Assembly: GCA_964626665.1 (NCBI GenBank)
Contig: CAZVGK010000044.1
Location: 1 to 18,615, forward strand
DNA: 18,615 nt
Origin: an uncultured Gemmatimonadota bacterium
GTDB taxonomy: Bacteria; SM23-81; DAOVCL01
Reading direction: 5' to 3'
Shown here piece after piece: positions 16,625-18,615 of the stretch (the stretch's first letter is position 1; each line of letters begins with the position of its first letter). The notes below the pieces were generated by a model. The model saw nothing but the letters and a program-made list of their open reading frames with translations, ran no database searches and was not told the origin of the DNA. The position numbers and the translations under genes were made by a program.

Positions 16625-16717
16625 GTTCTACCCCCGCTAAAGCGGGAGGTAACCCCCTTGGGGCTTTAGCCCAAAGGTCCCTACGGCCTTTTCGTCATTC
16701 GCCCCTTGACCTTCTCT

Positions 16718-16955
16718 CTACTTGAGCAAGATCATCTTCCTTGTTTTCTCTACCTCTAACCTATCACCTCTCACCTACGGAAGTAAATCCCACTGGACAA
16801 CGAACTTGCATCCCACCTCACGGTCTTGTATCCTGACCTCTCCCTCCCATCTACCAGGGTTGCCACCTTCAGGCCAAGGATGCTGTAAACCTTTAGGTTG
16901 ATCGCTGACGACCGGTAGTGAAGAGTGGTGGTAGGGTTGAAAGGATTTGGGGTGC
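16718..16955 (-). pseudogene. Orphan, frameshifted T9SS-type C-terminal domain remnant
   Basis: PNPFNPTTTLHY..LKVYSILG.KVATLVDG..SGYKTVRWDASSLSSGIYFRR* (stop 16771) continues in another frame as DRLEVEKTRKMILLK* (stop 16718). No cargo domain or signal peptide. Confidence 0.8.
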
Positions 16956-17010
16956 TTCTATTATAGCTCAAATCCATTAAAAGTGAACGACCCCTGTTAC
17001 TCATCATACC

Positions 17011-17316
17011 TTAGACATTGCTAAGATACTTGAAAGAGCCAAGAAGCCTTGCTCCGTGGTGAACCGTCAAAACCTCAACTTCATCAGGAAGTACTCGGTA
17101 AATGATCCTGTAGTTCCCTAAGATGACCTCTCTTATATCCTTTCGGCCTATCTCCGGTACAATTCGACCTGAAAGCGGAAATTGCTCAAGCCTTTCCGTT
17201 GCCACGAACGCTCGGTCAGCGAATATCTCCGCATATCGTGGTGCATCTCGAGCAATGAAAAGACAGATTGCTTCTAAATCATCAAGTGCCTGATCAGTCC
17301 AGCTTACCTTAACCAC
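17011..17316 (-). CDS. RelE/ParE-family type II toxin
   Basis: VSWTDQALDDLEAI..IARD..LEQFPLSGRIVPE..IREV..NYRIIYRV..VEVLTVHHGAR; GTG start overlaps the antitoxin end. Confidence 0.9.
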   Translation of the reverse strand: MVKVSWTDQALDDLEAICLFIARDAPRYAEIFADRAFVATERLEQFPLSGRIVPEIGRKDIREVILGNYRIIYRVLPDEVEVLTVHHGARLLGSFKYLSNV

Positions 17317-17486
17317 TTCCTCATCCGCTCTTTTGCTTCTTCTTGAGATACTTTTTGACCAGCATCTGCCTGTTTGACCCCTTGCTCAACTTTATAAAGG
17401 AGATACAGCCTTTCCATAGCCTCTTCAATGGATGCATCCTGGGGAAGCTCTTGAACGACCTTCAAAACTTGTTCTTTCACAGTCAT
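17304..17486 (-). CDS. Cognate antitoxin (60 aa)
   Basis: Small gene upstream of and overlapping the toxin; LPQDASIEEAMERLYLLYKVEQGVKQADAGQKVSQEEAKERMRKWL; ATG 17486 with GGAGG. Confidence 0.82.
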   Translation of the reverse strand: MTVKEQVLKVVQELPQDASIEEAMERLYLLYKVEQGVKQADAGQKVSQEEAKERMRKWLR

Positions 17487-17510
17487 AAAATATCCCCCTC
17501 CCATAAATTG

Positions 17511-17552
17511 TTTAGTCTCAACTAAAATATGCCTTTTTGGGGCTGATGTCAA
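17511..17552 (-). promoter_or_regulatory. Toxin-antitoxin promoter with an overlapping palindromic operator
   Basis: TTGACA (17552-17547), 17 bp, TATTTT (17529-17524); palindrome TTTAGT-N4-ACTAAA at 17511-17526. Confidence 0.6.
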
Positions 17553-17640
17553 TAACTATTGGCTTGCTACTTGATAATATTAACAGACAGGATATAAGGT
17601 AAGTGAACCCCTTCCCCTCCAAGTGGGGGAGGAAGGATCT

Positions 17641-17675
17641 CCTCCCTTTTGATGGGGGAAGACTGAGGAGAGGGT
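17641..17675. repeat. 35-bp palindromic element, copy 3 (degenerate)
   Basis: 31/35 identical to 3806-3840. Confidence 0.8.
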
Positions 17676-17725
17676 GAAGATTGTCCGCCCTCCTTTTGCG
17701 CGCATCTCAATCAATAACTTTTGTG

Positions 17726-17889
17726 GTAACAGTTTAGTCAAGTGAAGTACAATTGACCCAAGTAGGGGGTACCTCCCCAGAAGCCAATATGTGTTGAACC
17801 AGGTTCACCAGGGTATCCACTGGATCCTTCCCCCTCAGATAGAGGGTGCGGAAGATACTCATGTGAATGGCCTGAGCCAAAGCTCCCCT
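17726..17889 (-). mobile_element. IS66-family (ISBst12-like) 3' remnant: transposase tail plus right terminal inverted repeat
   Basis: GALAQAIHMSIFRTLYLRGKDPVDTL..SGEVPP resembles IS66 TnpC C-termini; the stop lies inside CTAAACTGTTAC (GTAACAGTTTAG on +, 17726-17737), a GTAA-type end. Confidence 0.7.
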
Positions 17890-18243
17890 TATGGGACGGA
17901 GCCCACCATCAAGGGAGAGCTCACCCAAGATCACATTTTGGGTCAACTGATCTGACCTCACCTGGCCGGTGGCCGCCAGGATACCCACGGCAATGGGCAG
18001 ATCAAAGGCTGAACCCTCCTTCTTGATGTCCGCCGGGGCCAGGTTTATGGTCACCCTCTTGGTGGGGAAGTAGAAGCCGCTGTTCTTAATGGCGGCGGTG
18101 ACCCTCTCCTTGCTCTCCTTGACCGCACCCTCGGGCAGGCCCACGGTGGAGAAGGAGGGAAGATGGGAGGAGATATCTGCCTCCACCTCCACTATATAGG
18201 CATCAATCCCCAGAACGGCACTACTGAGAACTTTGGCAATCAT
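17878..18243 (-). pseudogene. comM: Truncated ComM/YifB Mg-chelatase-like ATPase (first ~122 codons only)
   Basis: GIDAYIVEVEADI..TVGLPEGAVKESKERV..NSG..RVTINLAPADIKKEGSAFDLPIAVGIL..GELSLDG.LRPIRGAL; the AAA+ domain is absent and the frame runs on into IS66-like sequence to 17734. Confidence 0.88.
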
Positions 18244-18254
18244 TTTGTAAGGTT

Positions 18255-18282
18255 ATTATAAGGCAAGAGAGGTTAATGTCAA
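18255..18282 (-). promoter_or_regulatory. Consensus sigma70 promoter of comM
   Basis: TTGACA (18282-18277), 16 bp, TATAAT (18260-18255), then 11 nt to the ATG. Confidence 0.75.
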
Positions 18283-18471
18283 GTCTTTTGTGGGTGGATA
18301 TGCGGGGGTGTCACTCGAAATCGTCGGGAATCCAGATGAAAGGGAGAAAGAAAGGGATCCCGCGAGGTTACCCAAAGGGGTTCCCCTTGTCAGGAGGAAA
18401 GGGCTTGCCCTCTGGTTCGATTTCAAGGCAACAAGGGCTATGGCGGCTGAGCGGTTAAATCCCCCTACCGC

Positions 18472-18530
18472 GCCGTCAGAACCCCTGTTCTGACGGCAAA
18501 GAAGAAGATGGCAGAAGAGGGCTTCTGCCA
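18472..18530. repeat. Two hairpins in the intergenic region
   Basis: gccgtcagaac-ccct-gttctgacggc (11 bp perfect) and tggcagaag-aggg-cttctgcca (9 bp perfect). Confidence 0.7.
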
Positions 18531-18615
18531 CCTCCGACGAAGGCCTAAATTAGTGTTTAAAGCGGATCTTCTACTTAAGGATGTGATATTTTTAACATCT
18601 AACTATTTGTTTTTA

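Noticed and set aside
18256-18531. ORFs of 60-91 aa at the right end, or a known ncRNA there
   Set aside because: They run through hairpin-rich DNA and the comM promoter without recognisable motifs; no tRNA, tmRNA, SRP or RNase P signature was recognised.

Overview
Bacterial genomic window, probably from an FCB-group-like diderm lineage (inferred from T9SS-type C-terminal sorting domains and an Omp85 protein). Left end (+): the 3' part of a modular secreted protein (RCC1-like repeat, Ig-like domains, dockerin, cohesin-like domain, T9SS-type C-terminal domain), followed by an imperfect duplication of its own 3' end plus a stack of REP-like palindromes. The remaining genes are on the minus strand. 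In transcription order: a comM/yifB 5' fragment fused in frame to an IS66-type transposase tail and terminal repeat; a RelE/ParE toxin-antitoxin pair; a frameshifted orphan T9SS C-terminal domain; a peptidase-PD40-Omp85 gene coupled to a BamB-like beta-propeller gene; a double-PspC protein, PaaI thioesterase and two PLP aminotransferases; a full-length IS1634-like transposase that appears catalytically dead, ahead of an MFS transporter; glutaredoxin and an orphan GroES; and a DUF59, methyltransferase, NifX-like, hypothetical cluster. Nearly every larger intergenic gap is a mosaic of short palindromic repeat families. Best novelty candidates are the possibly domesticated IS1634 protein, the peptidase-Omp85/BamB-like pair, the stranded T9SS tails and the repeat mosaic. 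No rRNA, tRNA or CRISPR array was seen. All family assignments come from motif recognition by eye, not from database searches.
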